64,000 bases of DNA from Verrucomicrobiota bacterium (GTDB lineage: Bacteria > Verrucomicrobiota > Verrucomicrobiia > Verrucomicrobiales > Akkermansiaceae). The DNA lies in NCBI GenBank assembly GCA_046051965.1, contig JBJONG010000018.1:13094-77093 (forward strand), given 5' to 3'. The position numbers and the translations under genes were made by a program. Below, piece after piece: positions 49,967-59,518 of this stretch. Each line of letters starts with the position of its first letter. Positions within the stretch are counted from its first letter, which is position 1. Below the pieces are notes generated by a model. That model worked only from the letters and a program-made list of their open reading frames with translations, searched no databases and was not told the DNA's origin.

Positions 49967-50599
49967 TCAGTGATCGAGTTTCAGCTTCTTGAGCTTAGGC
50001 TCTACGACATATTTGCAGTAGCCGTTCTTGGATTTGTTCTGGAAATAGTATCCTTGGTGATAGTTTTCAGCCGGATAGAAAACGGAGGCTTTGGTGATCT
50101 CGGTCACGATGGGCTTGTCGAAGTTTTCCTGCGCCGCCTTTTTCGAGGCTTCCGCCATGGCTTTCTGCGCGTCGTTTTCGTAGAAAATCGCGGAGCGGTA
50201 TTGGGTGCCGATGTCATTGCCCTGGCGGTTGAGCTGGGTGGGGTCGTGGAGATCCCAGAACCAGGCGAGAACCCGTTCCAAGGGGATTTTCTTGGGGTCG
50301 AAAACAACGCGGACGACCTCGGCGTGGCCGGTGGTGCCGGTGCAGATGTCCTCGTAGGTGGGGTCTTTCGTTTCCCCGCCCATGTATCCGGAAACGGCGG
50401 AATGCACGCCGTCGAGTTGATCGTACGCAGCCTCCGCGCACCAGAAGCATCCAACGCCCACGGTAATCACCTCATGGCCTTCGGGGACTTCAGGCATCGC
50501 AGCGGGTTTCTTGTCGTTTTCGTCCATCATTTTCTCGGTTTGGCAGGATGCCAATGTCGGCAACGCGAGGCACAAGGCAAGCAGCAGTTTTTTCATCAT
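49967..50599 (-). CDS. msrA: Peptide-methionine (S)-S-oxide reductase, lipoprotein
   Basis: GCFWCAE, SGYMGG, GTQYRSAIF and AENYHQ; lipobox LASC. Confidence 0.95.
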   Translation of the reverse strand: MMKKLLLALCLALPTLASCQTEKMMDENDKKPAAMPEVPEGHEVITVGVGCFWCAEAAYDQLDGVHSAVSGYMGGETKDPTYEDICTGTTGHAEVVRVVFDPKKIPLERVLAWFWDLHDPTQLNRQGNDIGTQYRSAIFYENDAQKAMAEASKKAAQENFDKPIVTEITKASVFYPAENYHQGYYFQNKSKNGYCKYVVEPKLKKLKLDH

Positions 50600-50711
50600 G
50601 CATCTATGATACGTGGATCGCCGGGAAATTCCTCAAATTTCGTGACCTTGCGCACAGAGCCGAAATGAGTTTTCTTGGAAACCACCCGATACACACTTGG
50701 AACCCAAACCC

Positions 50712-52904
50712 ATGGCCGCCTTCATATCTAGAATCCTTTGCCTGGCTGGAGGCTTTCTTCATTTCGTGGCCGCCGAGACCGTTTCCGAAACGGAGCCCAT
50801 CACCCGTCTGGCGGACATCCGCTTGATGACATCGGCTGAGGCGGCAAAGTCTTTGCCGGTATCCGTAACCGGCGTGGTGACATGGAGTTCCAGGGGGCGG
50901 CTGCCGGGAGGTTTCATGATCGATCAGGACGGGGCGGGCATCTTCGTCATTGGGAAAGGAGTTTCCATAGATGGCGGGAAAGATCCCGAACCGGAGGCGA
51001 ACCCATCCTTGTCCGTGGGAGATCAAGTGGAAGTGGCGGGCGTGACACAGGAGGGCGGATACGCCCCTTCCATTCTTGCCACTAGGATCCGCAAAGTGGG
51101 AAAGGTGGAGATCCCCAAGGGTAGGGATCGGGGATTGGGGCATCTTCTTACCGGCACTTATGATGCCCAGCGGGTGGCGCTCAAGGGCGTGATCACCGGC
51201 TGCCGACCATCCGACTATGGGGATGGCAGCTGGGTCATGGTGCTGGCCGGAGCCAGCGGCAAGGCGCGGGCGGTGGTGCCTGCCATGCCGGGAAAAATGC
51301 CGGAGGAAATGGAGGATGCGGGAGTGCTGATCCGGGGCGTGGTTTTCACACGCCTCAACAGCCGCGGGGAGTTTGTGGGCATCAGCATCGAGACGAACCG
51401 GGTGGAGGATGTGGAAATCTATCGGCCTCGTGTGCCTGATCCCTTTGAAGTGCCGTTGCTGGAAGCCGGGCGGCTGCGTGCCTTTGTCCCGAGCGGCTAC
51501 TCCCAGCATCGCCGCCGCATCGAGGGCGTGGTGACTTTGTCGAAACCCGGAGTCCTGTATTTGCAGGGGCCGAAGGGAGGCACCCGGGTGTCCACCCGCT
51601 CGCTGGAACAGGTTTATGCCTTGGGCGATGTGGTGGAGGCGGCCGGATTTGTGGAGACCTATCTGGGTGCATCCGAGCTGGCCGGTTCGCTAACCCGCAG
51701 GAAATCGCCGGGAGAACCGATTGCACCGGTGGTTCTAGCCCTTCCTGAAACGGCGGATCTGGGCGAGTTCGATGGCAAGCTGGTGCGCATTCGCGGGGTG
51801 GTTCTGGAAAGCCATCTATCGCCGGATGGCGTCGAGATGTTGCTGTCGGATGCGGGTCAGTCATTCGAGGCATTGCAGTTGAAATCATCGCCTGGCGCAC
51901 CCTTGCCAATCCCCGGCTCGGAAGTTTCCGTGACCGGTGTGGCGGAGATGACCTATGATCTGGGCGCGTATTTTCCGGATAGAAACACGGTTTCCCGCGT
52001 GCGCATCCTGTCGCGTGTCCCTGCTGACATCGTGATCCACAGCGTGCCGCCTTGGTGGAATACCCGCAGGCTGCTCATCGCCCTTGGTCTCGCTGTCGCC
52101 ATCGCGGCGCTTCTGGGCGGTGCGGCCCTGCTGCTGATGCGGCGCGTGCGTGCGCAAGCGAACCAGCTCGCGAGCGAGGCGCTGACGCACCGCCAGGTCA
52201 CCGCCGCCCATTCCGCGATACTGGAGGAGCGCGCGCGCCTTGCGGGGGAGATGCATGATGGTTTGCAGCCGATGCTTTCCGGGCTTTCGTTCTATCTCGA
52301 TGCGGCGGATGCGAAATGGAGGGATTCCGCGAGCGAAGGCGTGGGTGAGGCCCTGGATAAATCCCGCACGCTGCTCACCCGTATCCGTGATGAGTTCCGC
52401 CAATGCATCTGGTGCCTCTACGAGCTGGGCCGGCAGACAGGTGATTTGGACAACGAGCTGCGGCGGCTCGCGAGAATCCAACGCCAGTGGAGCCGCGCCG
52501 AGGTGAACACGGAAATCTCAGGCGAGCCCTTCCCGCTTCCCGCCAGCATTTCGAGAGGCCTGTTGCTGGCCTGCCAGGAGGCGGTGGAAAACGCCTCGCG
52601 CCACGGCAAGGCGGAGAAGATTGATATCCATTGCGGATTCTCGGCGGACGGGCTGGAAATCGAGGTGAAAGACGATGGCTGCGGATTTGACGTCCTCGCC
52701 GCCGCCCATGTGCCGGGAAACCACATTGGCCTGGCAAGCATGAGGCAACGGATTGAAAGACTGGGCGGGGTGCTGAACGTTACCAGCGCACCAGCCTTGG
52801 GAACCCGCCTGAAAATGAGCCTCAGCCGCGAGCGCATCGCCCGGGTGGAGACAAACCCGCTTTTGATGTCATCACCCCCTCCTGAAAACGAAAACAACCC
52901 GTGA
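50712..52904 (+). CDS. Sensor histidine kinase (HisKA_3/NarX-type) with a large repeated extracytoplasmic domain
   Basis: Signal peptide, TM helix, ERARLAGEMHDGLQP (H-box), EAVENASRHG, DDGCGFD and HIGLASMRQR. Confidence 0.92.
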   Translation: MAAFISRILCLAGGFLHFVAAETVSETEPITRLADIRLMTSAEAAKSLPVSVTGVVTWSSRGRLPGGFMIDQDGAGIFVIGKGVSIDGGKDPEPEANPSLSVGDQVEVAGVTQEGGYAPSILATRIRKVGKVEIPKGRDRGLGHLLTGTYDAQRVALKGVITGCRPSDYGDGSWVMVLAGASGKARAVVPAMPGKMPEEMEDAGVLIRGVVFTRLNSRGEFVGISIETNRVEDVEIYRPRVPDPFEVPLLEAGRLRAFVPSGYSQHRRRIEGVVTLSKPGVLYLQGPKGGTRVSTRSLEQVYALGDVVEAAGFVETYLGASELAGSLTRRKSPGEPIAPVVLALPETADLGEFDGKLVRIRGVVLESHLSPDGVEMLLSDAGQSFEALQLKSSPGAPLPIPGSEVSVTGVAEMTYDLGAYFPDRNTVSRVRILSRVPADIVIHSVPPWWNTRRLLIALGLAVAIAALLGGAALLLMRRVRAQANQLASEALTHRQVTAAHSAILEERARLAGEMHDGLQPMLSGLSFYLDAADAKWRDSASEGVGEALDKSRTLLTRIRDEFRQCIWCLYELGRQTGDLDNELRRLARIQRQWSRAEVNTEISGEPFPLPASISRGLLLACQEAVENASRHGKAEKIDIHCGFSADGLEIEVKDDGCGFDVLAAAHVPGNHIGLASMRQRIERLGGVLNVTSAPALGTRLKMSLSRERIARVETNPLLMSSPPPENENNP

Positions 52905-53542
52905 TGACCGCTCACCATCCACACCCGGCAAAACCCGCCATTTCCCTGATGATCATCGAAGATCATTCGGTCACCCGGGACGGATTGCGCATGATGTTGG
53001 AGTCTGTCGGCCTGCGCGTGGTCGGCGAGGCGGAGGATGCGGCGGCGGCCTCGATGGCTTTCAAGGAATGCAAGCCCGACATCACGCTTGTGGACATCCG
53101 CCTCGGCAGCGGGCCGGATGGCATCGATGTCGCCGTGGCGCTCCGTCAGATTGACCCGAAGTGCAAGATCATCATGTTCGCGTCCGACGCCCTTGAGGCG
53201 GATCTCCACCGCGCCCACAAAGCCGGCGCCTGCGGATTCCTCGTGAAAACCCAGCCCCGGGACGCCATCATCCAGGCGATCCTCGACGCGCACAGGAACG
53301 GTGTCTGCCATCCTTACGACCGCACCGACGCCACTCCGCTGGAGCCGCTGACGGAACGTGAAATCGATGTCCTGGAAGAGCTCCGCCGTGGCCTGACCAG
53401 CGCGGAGATCGGCCGTGTGCTCGATCTCAGCGAGCACACGATCAAGACCCACCTGAAAAGCATTTTCGCCAAACTCCACGCCGCGGACCGCACCGAGGCG
53501 GTGGCCGCCGGATTTCAGCTCGGTTATCTGCGCGTGAACTGA
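52901..53542 (+). CDS. NarL/LuxR family response regulator
   Basis: IIEDH, TLVDIRL (phospho-Asp), GFLVK and HTH LTEREIDVLEELRRGLTSAEIGRVLDLSEHTIKTH. Confidence 0.95.
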   Translation: MMTAHHPHPAKPAISLMIIEDHSVTRDGLRMMLESVGLRVVGEAEDAAAASMAFKECKPDITLVDIRLGSGPDGIDVAVALRQIDPKCKIIMFASDALEADLHRAHKAGACGFLVKTQPRDAIIQAILDAHRNGVCHPYDRTDATPLEPLTEREIDVLEELRRGLTSAEIGRVLDLSEHTIKTHLKSIFAKLHAADRTEAVAAGFQLGYLRVN

Positions 53543-53593
53543 TCCCGCCCGCTTTCGTTGAATGAAATCCGCATTCTGGAACGTTCCGCTGGC

Positions 53594-54592
53594 ATGAAAC
53601 GGATAACGGGTGTCGCGATCACCCTTCTAGCGATGGTTTTCCAGGTCTTTGCCGGGGAATATGCATTCGTCACTTCGCCGGCTTACATGGAGCTGGTGAA
53701 CATCCCGCGCACGGCACCTGCGGATTGGCGTGAGCAGAGCGGGGCGGTGTTCATGAACCGGGAATGGGAGAAAGATCCCGGCAGGAAATGGTATGTGGAA
53801 ACACAGCGGGACGGCGGACGCTGGGTGCAGTCCGGGCTGGCACACCGGAACGGGGAGTCGGTCGAATGGGGCTTGAAGCAGTTGGAATGGGGCTTCGCCA
53901 GGATGAAGGAGGATGGATCGTTCGATTGTGACGATGCGTTCCATAGCGCCAGTTTTCTCGTGGAGACCACCGCCCACTCGATCCTGCTGATCGAGGCCTC
54001 GCCCATGGCAGGCAGATTCCAGGCGCGCGTCGATGCCCTGAAGAAACCGTTGCTGAAGTGCGCCTTGTGGATGGCATCACCCGTGAATTTCAGGGCGGCG
54101 GAAAACCAGCGGATCTACGGGCACCGGCGATTTTTGGTAGGCTGCGGTTTGATGCAGAGCGCCTTGATCCATGACCATCAGGAGCTGCGGCGGGTCGCCC
54201 TTTACTTCATACAAGATGGCATCCGCCTTCAACGTCAGGATGGCGCGTTTCCGGAAAAAGGCGGGCATGACAGCAGCTACCACGCGGTGGCGCTGATCTA
54301 CCTCCAGCGCCTCTTGCTGGTGACGCCCGAGGAATTTCAACAGCCATCATGGCTTCCCGCCGCCCAGCGCGGCAACGCATGGCTTATATCCAGGATCGAT
54401 CCGCAGGGAGTGGTGAGCGTGAAAGGAAACACGCGCACCGGAAGCGGCCAGGAAGTGGGGCGGACCGGAACCCCGAAGACGGTCAGCCGACCCGAGGTCG
54501 CCACCGCCCTGCTTTATCAAAGACAACTCGGCGGCGGGGAGCCGCTTGAAAAACTCGCGGCTCTGGTGCTACGGGCTGCTGAGGAGCCGTAG
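53594..54592 (+). CDS. Secreted hypothetical protein, probably alpha-helical toroid fold
   Basis: Signal peptide MKRITGVAITLLAMVFQVFA; repeated helix-xDG-x motifs (KEDGSF, RQDGAFPEKGGHDSSY, DPQG). Confidence 0.7.
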   Translation: MKRITGVAITLLAMVFQVFAGEYAFVTSPAYMELVNIPRTAPADWREQSGAVFMNREWEKDPGRKWYVETQRDGGRWVQSGLAHRNGESVEWGLKQLEWGFARMKEDGSFDCDDAFHSASFLVETTAHSILLIEASPMAGRFQARVDALKKPLLKCALWMASPVNFRAAENQRIYGHRRFLVGCGLMQSALIHDHQELRRVALYFIQDGIRLQRQDGAFPEKGGHDSSYHAVALIYLQRLLLVTPEEFQQPSWLPAAQRGNAWLISRIDPQGVVSVKGNTRTGSGQEVGRTGTPKTVSRPEVATALLYQRQLGGGEPLEKLAALVLRAAEEP

Positions 54593-54612
54593 TATCGCTC
54601 GTTCGAGCGATT
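54593..54612. promoter_or_regulatory. Palindromic operator, copy 1
   Basis: TATCGCTCG-TT-CGAGCGATT, intergenic. Confidence 0.75.
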
Positions 54613-54638
54613 GACGGGATCGCGGGATTCCATGAAAT

Positions 54639-54902
54639 ATGAAAGTATTCATGGAAACCCGACCCATATCCCACATCCGCCACTGTGGCCATGCGCTTGT
54701 CGATTTGTTGGTCGTGATTCCGATCCTCGCCCTCCTTTCACTCCTCATGCCCACCCGGTTTAGGGAATCGGCGGACAAGGCGGTTTCCGTGCGGAGTATC
54801 GCCGATCGGGCGCATGCGAGCATTCCAAAGCAAGTTCCGGCAGACGATGCGCCGCTGATGGGTATCACCGGGCACCACCCGGTTATTTGCCGACACATAT
54901 GA
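54639..54902 (+). pseudogene. Degenerate prepilin-type N-terminal methylation domain ORF
   Basis: GHALVDLLVVIPILALLSLLMP..RESADKA resembles G|FTLVELLVVIAIIAILAALLxP..ARE.A; F+1 is His, E+5 is Asp, and the ORF is short. Its stop overlaps the next ATG. Confidence 0.5.
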
Positions 54903-57900
54903 AAAATGCACTTTCACAGCATCCCCGCCTCGACCATGTCCAAGGCGGCTTCGCTTTGATTGTCACTCTCAGCCTGATGGTGCTGCTCTTCATACTCGCC
55001 GTAGGGCTGTTCACTCTCTCATCCGTCACGCTGCGCAGTGCATCGCAATCCACAAACAACGAACAGGCACGCGCCAACGCCCGGCTGGCACTGATGCTGG
55101 CGATAGGTCGCGTGCAGTCCCTCGCCGGCCCCGATACGCGGATCACCGCACCGCGCGTGCCGGATGATTCATCGTTGGATTTGAACTCCGTGACTCCCGC
55201 CTACGGTGTCTGGCGCAGCTGGGAGGGAACGGATCATGAAGTGACCGGCCCATCCGCAGGCCGACCTCTCAAGCCGGACTATGCCTCAAAAAAATCCGCC
55301 ACTGGCGCGGGCGGGCGCTTTCTCGGCTGGCTGGTTTCATCGGCGGAGGGCGTGGCCCCCGATCCAGCGGTGGTTCCAGATCTGCAAAGCGAAGCGGCCA
55401 CAGGATTCGTGCCGCTCGTTGCGAGTGGCAGCGTGACCGATCCCAAGCGCCGGGTTTTCCTCAAGCCTACTCCGGTCAGGGCGACGAACACCGCCACGGG
55501 AACCCTCGGTTGGTGGGTTGGCGGCGAGAACAGCAAGGCCAACATCGCTCCAGACGTCAAACCCACGGCAGATGACACGATGGCCTGGCTGGAACGGGCC
55601 CGTGCGCACGCGGTGCCATCGCCCAAAGCCTTCGGACTCAGCGGGGCTCCTGACATGGCTTTGCCCAGCACAGGCTCACTCATGCTCGCCGCCACCGACG
55701 CAAGTGCCGCGAAAGGAAACTTCCATGATGCCACCGTCTGGGCTGCCGGACTACTCACCAATGCCGCCACGGGAGGCTGGAAACGCGACCTCTCGCTGAT
55801 GACGGAAAAATATGACGAACTGTCCGCCACCGGCCTGCCTTTCTTCACCCTCAAGCCGGGGCAACAACAAACATTTTCCAAAGCCGCACCTGCCCAGACC
55901 ACCCCTTTGGCCCACCCGCCCAACCCGCTTCTTTACGCGTGGTCCCAATACTCGGCCGCCCCCTCCGCAGGCAGCTTTAGCCAGATCCCGCCGATCGTGA
56001 GCTGGGACTACCTGCGCCGTGCCTGCGTCCAGTACAAGAATCTCATCGCTCTCAACCCGTCCAGCGGACGTGTCGGCATGCCGTGGGCTCTGGAAAGCTG
56101 GTGGAACAACGGCACCCCGAACCGCCAATACCGCTACGAGTTCCTTGACCAACCTCGCCGCTGGCCCGCACTCAGCCGCATCTATTTCATGTTCTCATTC
56201 GCATCCATCCCGGATGCCGCCAATCCCGCAAACCTCAAGGCCGCCCTCGTGATGAACCCGGTCATTGTCTTGTGGAATCCCTACAACGTCGAGATCACCC
56301 TCGACGCGCCTCGACGCTATGTAGTCAACACGGTGGGTCTGGAATTTTTGCCAATCAAGTTCAGCTTCACCGTCGGCTCCACCAAATATCCCGCCCTCAG
56401 CTTCAACCAGATCGGCGGCATCGGGAACATCGACATGCGTCTGATCGGCGGACTCAGCGGTGAATCCACCACCCTCAGTCCCGGTGAAACCCGTGTTTTC
56501 AGCCTCAAGGACAACACTCTGGTGGATGGGGGAACGAACACCTACAAGTATATGGATCTTTATCCGGGCTACCGCACCTACGGAGGATTCCAATACACGA
56601 GAATCGGCCCTTCTAACACAGAGGTTTCCGCTCCCAAGGACTCGGACTTCAAGGTGGATCTGACATTCGATGCGAAGATCAGCAAAGACGGACGCAGTGG
56701 ATACGGTTCGGCTCTCGATTTCGGTTATCATACTCTGGGAGGCAACAGCACAGACAACAACTTCTCCCACCGTGCCAGCCGACAATACCTGATGTTCAGC
56801 CAGCAGGCCGCCACGCAACTCTGGCCACCCATCGCCGCTGTCGATCTACCCTCTTGCAAGCTTTCCGAGGTGCAGGGTCATACCAAAAACCGCCTTTTCG
56901 CCAGCGGCGTGGTCGGCTTCCGTACCGCCAACGATGCGGTTGTGCCAAGCATCGGCTACGCGCAGGCCAACCCGCTCAACTACTTCAACGATCTCAGCAA
57001 CACCGCGTCAACAATGGGTGCCGGCACCCTGCATCCCGCAAATTCCAGCTACGACATCCAGTTCATCAACGGGGGTGATATCAGCGCCCGCCCGAACGTG
57101 GAGCCATTCACCCACCGTGGCTACATCGTCAGCGGCCTTGACGCCTCGTCCGGCCTCACCCGTTGCTCGGTCGCCGAGATCCCGACACGTCCGGTTCAGA
57201 GTCTCTGCGATCTCCAGCACTTCGACCTGCGCAATTGCAATCCCGTGCCGCCTTTCCAGTTCAATATCTTCGCCAACAGCCAGGCCTCACCTTTGATGCC
57301 GCCAGACCAGGTGATCCGCCCGGATTTCGTCGATACCAAACGCATGCAGCACGACGATGCCTACTGTCTCAACCACGTGTTTTTCGATGACTGGTTCGTC
57401 TCCTCCATTGCCCCGGATCTCAAGGACTGGACGAGCCAGGCCGAGCGCACGCTGGATGTGGTGTATAAGGATTTCCTGCGTCATTCCAGCGATCCGAATA
57501 CCGGCTCCCCGCTTCCCAACCGCATGTTTCGCCCCACCTCGGAAGCCGTGAGCCCTAACCCTGACACGGCCTATGATCGCGACGTGAAACCTGCGGATTC
57601 TTACCGCCACATAGCCTCTAAGCTCAGCGTCGATGGCATGTTCAACGTCAACAGCACCTCGGTGGCGGCATGGCGCGCCCTGTTGGGTCACGCGCTCGGC
57701 CAGCGGCAGCCCTACCTCACCGAGACCGGAACAAGCTGGAATGTGTCACTGGCACCGGAGCGCGACAACGTTGTCAGCCGCATGAGCGTGGCCGGTGGCG
57801 GCGCGGCTGGGTTCGATGCCGCACCTACAGGGAATTTTGCAGATGCCTTGGAGTTTTCCGGCCACCGGGCGCTCACCGACGAGCAGCTCGATGCCCTCGC

Positions 57901-58498
57901 CGAGGAGATCGTCAGGCAAGTCCGCTTGCGGGGGCCGTTCCTTTCGCTCTCGGAATTCATCAACCGTCGTCTCAGCTCCTCAAGCAGCGAGGTGCAGCTC
58001 GCCCTCGCCGGTGCCGTTCAGGCCGCCCTCGACGCACTGGCCGCACGCGGCACAACGGATCCCAAAAACCCATACCGGGAACTCCAAAAGAACTCCGACA
58101 AGATCACGCCAGCATTGATTCCCGCAATAGCCGATGCGAATTACCTTTTCAGTAAAGCCGCCGAGGGCTGGACGGCCAACGGCCTGCCCGGCTGGATCCG
58201 CCAAGCCGATATCCTCCGCCCGCTCGCGCCGGTGCTTTCCGTCCGCGACGACACCTTCGTGATCCGCGCCTACGGCGATGCCCGCGACACCCAGGGAAAC
58301 ATCACCGCCAGCGCCTGGTGCGAGGCCATCATCCGGAGAAACCCGGAGTTTGTCGATCCAAGCGATGCGGCCACCGACACACCCGTCCTCGGAACCGATA
58401 GCACTACCGAGAAATTCCTCCAATCCGCCGCCAATGAGCGGTTCGGGCGGAGATTCACCATCGTTTCCTTCCGCTGGCTCAACGCGGATGAGGTCTAG
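54899..58498 (+). CDS. Large PilX/GspK-like minor-pilin-type protein (Verru_Chthon cassette protein A-like)
   Basis: G|FALIVTLSLMVLLFILAVGL (prepilin-like, no Glu+5), ARANARLALMLAIGRVQSLAGPDTRITA, and C-terminal PGWIRQADILRPLAPVLSVRDDTFVIRAYG...FGRRFTIVSFRWL. Confidence 0.75.
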   Translation: MKNALSQHPRLDHVQGGFALIVTLSLMVLLFILAVGLFTLSSVTLRSASQSTNNEQARANARLALMLAIGRVQSLAGPDTRITAPRVPDDSSLDLNSVTPAYGVWRSWEGTDHEVTGPSAGRPLKPDYASKKSATGAGGRFLGWLVSSAEGVAPDPAVVPDLQSEAATGFVPLVASGSVTDPKRRVFLKPTPVRATNTATGTLGWWVGGENSKANIAPDVKPTADDTMAWLERARAHAVPSPKAFGLSGAPDMALPSTGSLMLAATDASAAKGNFHDATVWAAGLLTNAATGGWKRDLSLMTEKYDELSATGLPFFTLKPGQQQTFSKAAPAQTTPLAHPPNPLLYAWSQYSAAPSAGSFSQIPPIVSWDYLRRACVQYKNLIALNPSSGRVGMPWALESWWNNGTPNRQYRYEFLDQPRRWPALSRIYFMFSFASIPDAANPANLKAALVMNPVIVLWNPYNVEITLDAPRRYVVNTVGLEFLPIKFSFTVGSTKYPALSFNQIGGIGNIDMRLIGGLSGESTTLSPGETRVFSLKDNTLVDGGTNTYKYMDLYPGYRTYGGFQYTRIGPSNTEVSAPKDSDFKVDLTFDAKISKDGRSGYGSALDFGYHTLGGNSTDNNFSHRASRQYLMFSQQAATQLWPPIAAVDLPSCKLSEVQGHTKNRLFASGVVGFRTANDAVVPSIGYAQANPLNYFNDLSNTASTMGAGTLHPANSSYDIQFINGGDISARPNVEPFTHRGYIVSGLDASSGLTRCSVAEIPTRPVQSLCDLQHFDLRNCNPVPPFQFNIFANSQASPLMPPDQVIRPDFVDTKRMQHDDAYCLNHVFFDDWFVSSIAPDLKDWTSQAERTLDVVYKDFLRHSSDPNTGSPLPNRMFRPTSEAVSPNPDTAYDRDVKPADSYRHIASKLSVDGMFNVNSTSVAAWRALLGHALGQRQPYLTETGTSWNVSLAPERDNVVSRMSVAGGGAAGFDAAPTGNFADALEFSGHRALTDEQLDALAEEIVRQVRLRGPFLSLSEFINRRLSSSSSEVQLALAGAVQAALDALAARGTTDPKNPYRELQKNSDKITPALIPAIADANYLFSKAAEGWTANGLPGWIRQADILRPLAPVLSVRDDTFVIRAYGDARDTQGNITASAWCEAIIRRNPEFVDPSDAATDTPVLGTDSTTEKFLQSAANERFGRRFTIVSFRWLNADEV

Positions 58499-58568
58499 AT
58501 CTTTTCCAAAAGTAAGATCTTCCCTCTGTGTTCTCAATGCTCGCTGTGGTCAAAAATTTTCACAACCC

Positions 58569-59255
58569 ATGATCATCCCTCGCACCTTCCTTTTCCTAAC
58601 AGCCGCCCTGTTCCTCATTGTCCCCACGATGGCGCAGGAGCGAAGTCTCCGCGCCGTTTTTTTCAAGCGCCCGCCGGATATGCCGGAAACTGCCGTGCTC
58701 TACCATCCGGCAACCAGCATCGAGGTGGAATTACCGCCGATGAATTTGTCAGAACCGGTAGCCATCCCTGCGGGCGATCTGGTCTTCGCCCTCCTGCCGC
58801 AGGCACCGCAGTCCGGTGTTCCGATCCCGCCGGGCGCACCCCAGATCAAGGTGCCTGCCGCATGGCAGCGGGTGATCCTGCTGTTTTTCCCCGATCCGGG
58901 TAACAAGGTTTTTCCTGTCAGAGTACTGCCGGTGAATGGTTCTCTGGATCATTTCAAACCCGGTGATCTGCTCTGCTTCAATCTTTCCACCGCAGAGATC
59001 GCAGGCACCCTGGGCGAGGCGAAATTCCGCATCACCCCGGGGAAATCCGCCATCGTCAAACCCTCAAGCACGGAGTCCGGTGATTACCCGGTCGCCATCG
59101 ACTGCCTGCTGCCCGGGGAGACGCGTCCGAGTCCACTCTGCCGCACCACCTGGAGGCACGATACCGGGATCCGGCAGCTCCTCTTTATCGTCAACACAAA
59201 CGACCGCCCCGCCCCACGCATCTGGGCCATTTCCGAAACCGTAACCCCGAAGTGA
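58569..59255 (+). CDS. Secreted hypothetical partner protein (beta-rich)
   Basis: ATG at 58569 inside ORF 58278..59255; signal peptide MIIPRTFLFLTAALFLIVPTMA; follows the PilX-like gene. Confidence 0.7.
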   Translation: MIIPRTFLFLTAALFLIVPTMAQERSLRAVFFKRPPDMPETAVLYHPATSIEVELPPMNLSEPVAIPAGDLVFALLPQAPQSGVPIPPGAPQIKVPAAWQRVILLFFPDPGNKVFPVRVLPVNGSLDHFKPGDLLCFNLSTAEIAGTLGEAKFRITPGKSAIVKPSSTESGDYPVAIDCLLPGETRPSPLCRTTWRHDTGIRQLLFIVNTNDRPAPRIWAISETVTPK

Positions 59256-59395
59256 ATCGAAGCGGGGACTCACGTGAACTCTGAAGCAGGTCAACCGCTC
59301 CGGGGTGGCCGCAGCCCCGCCGTATCCATCCAGCTCTACGGCGGGAGATCCGAGGAAAAAATGCGCCAGTTTGCTGCTCCGGGCAAAAGGATTAA

Positions 59396-59415
59396 TATCC
59401 CTCGTACGAGCGATA
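59396..59415. promoter_or_regulatory. Palindromic operator, copy 2
   Basis: TATCCCTCG-TA-CGAGCGATA, intergenic. Confidence 0.8.
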
Positions 59416-59518
59416 GGTTTTAACCGCGTTGTGCAACTAACTAGGGCTTGCGATAGCCCTAGAAACCCAGTTCCTAGAGCCGCAGGCGACTCCACACACA
59501 CCGATCTCGAAAATATTC

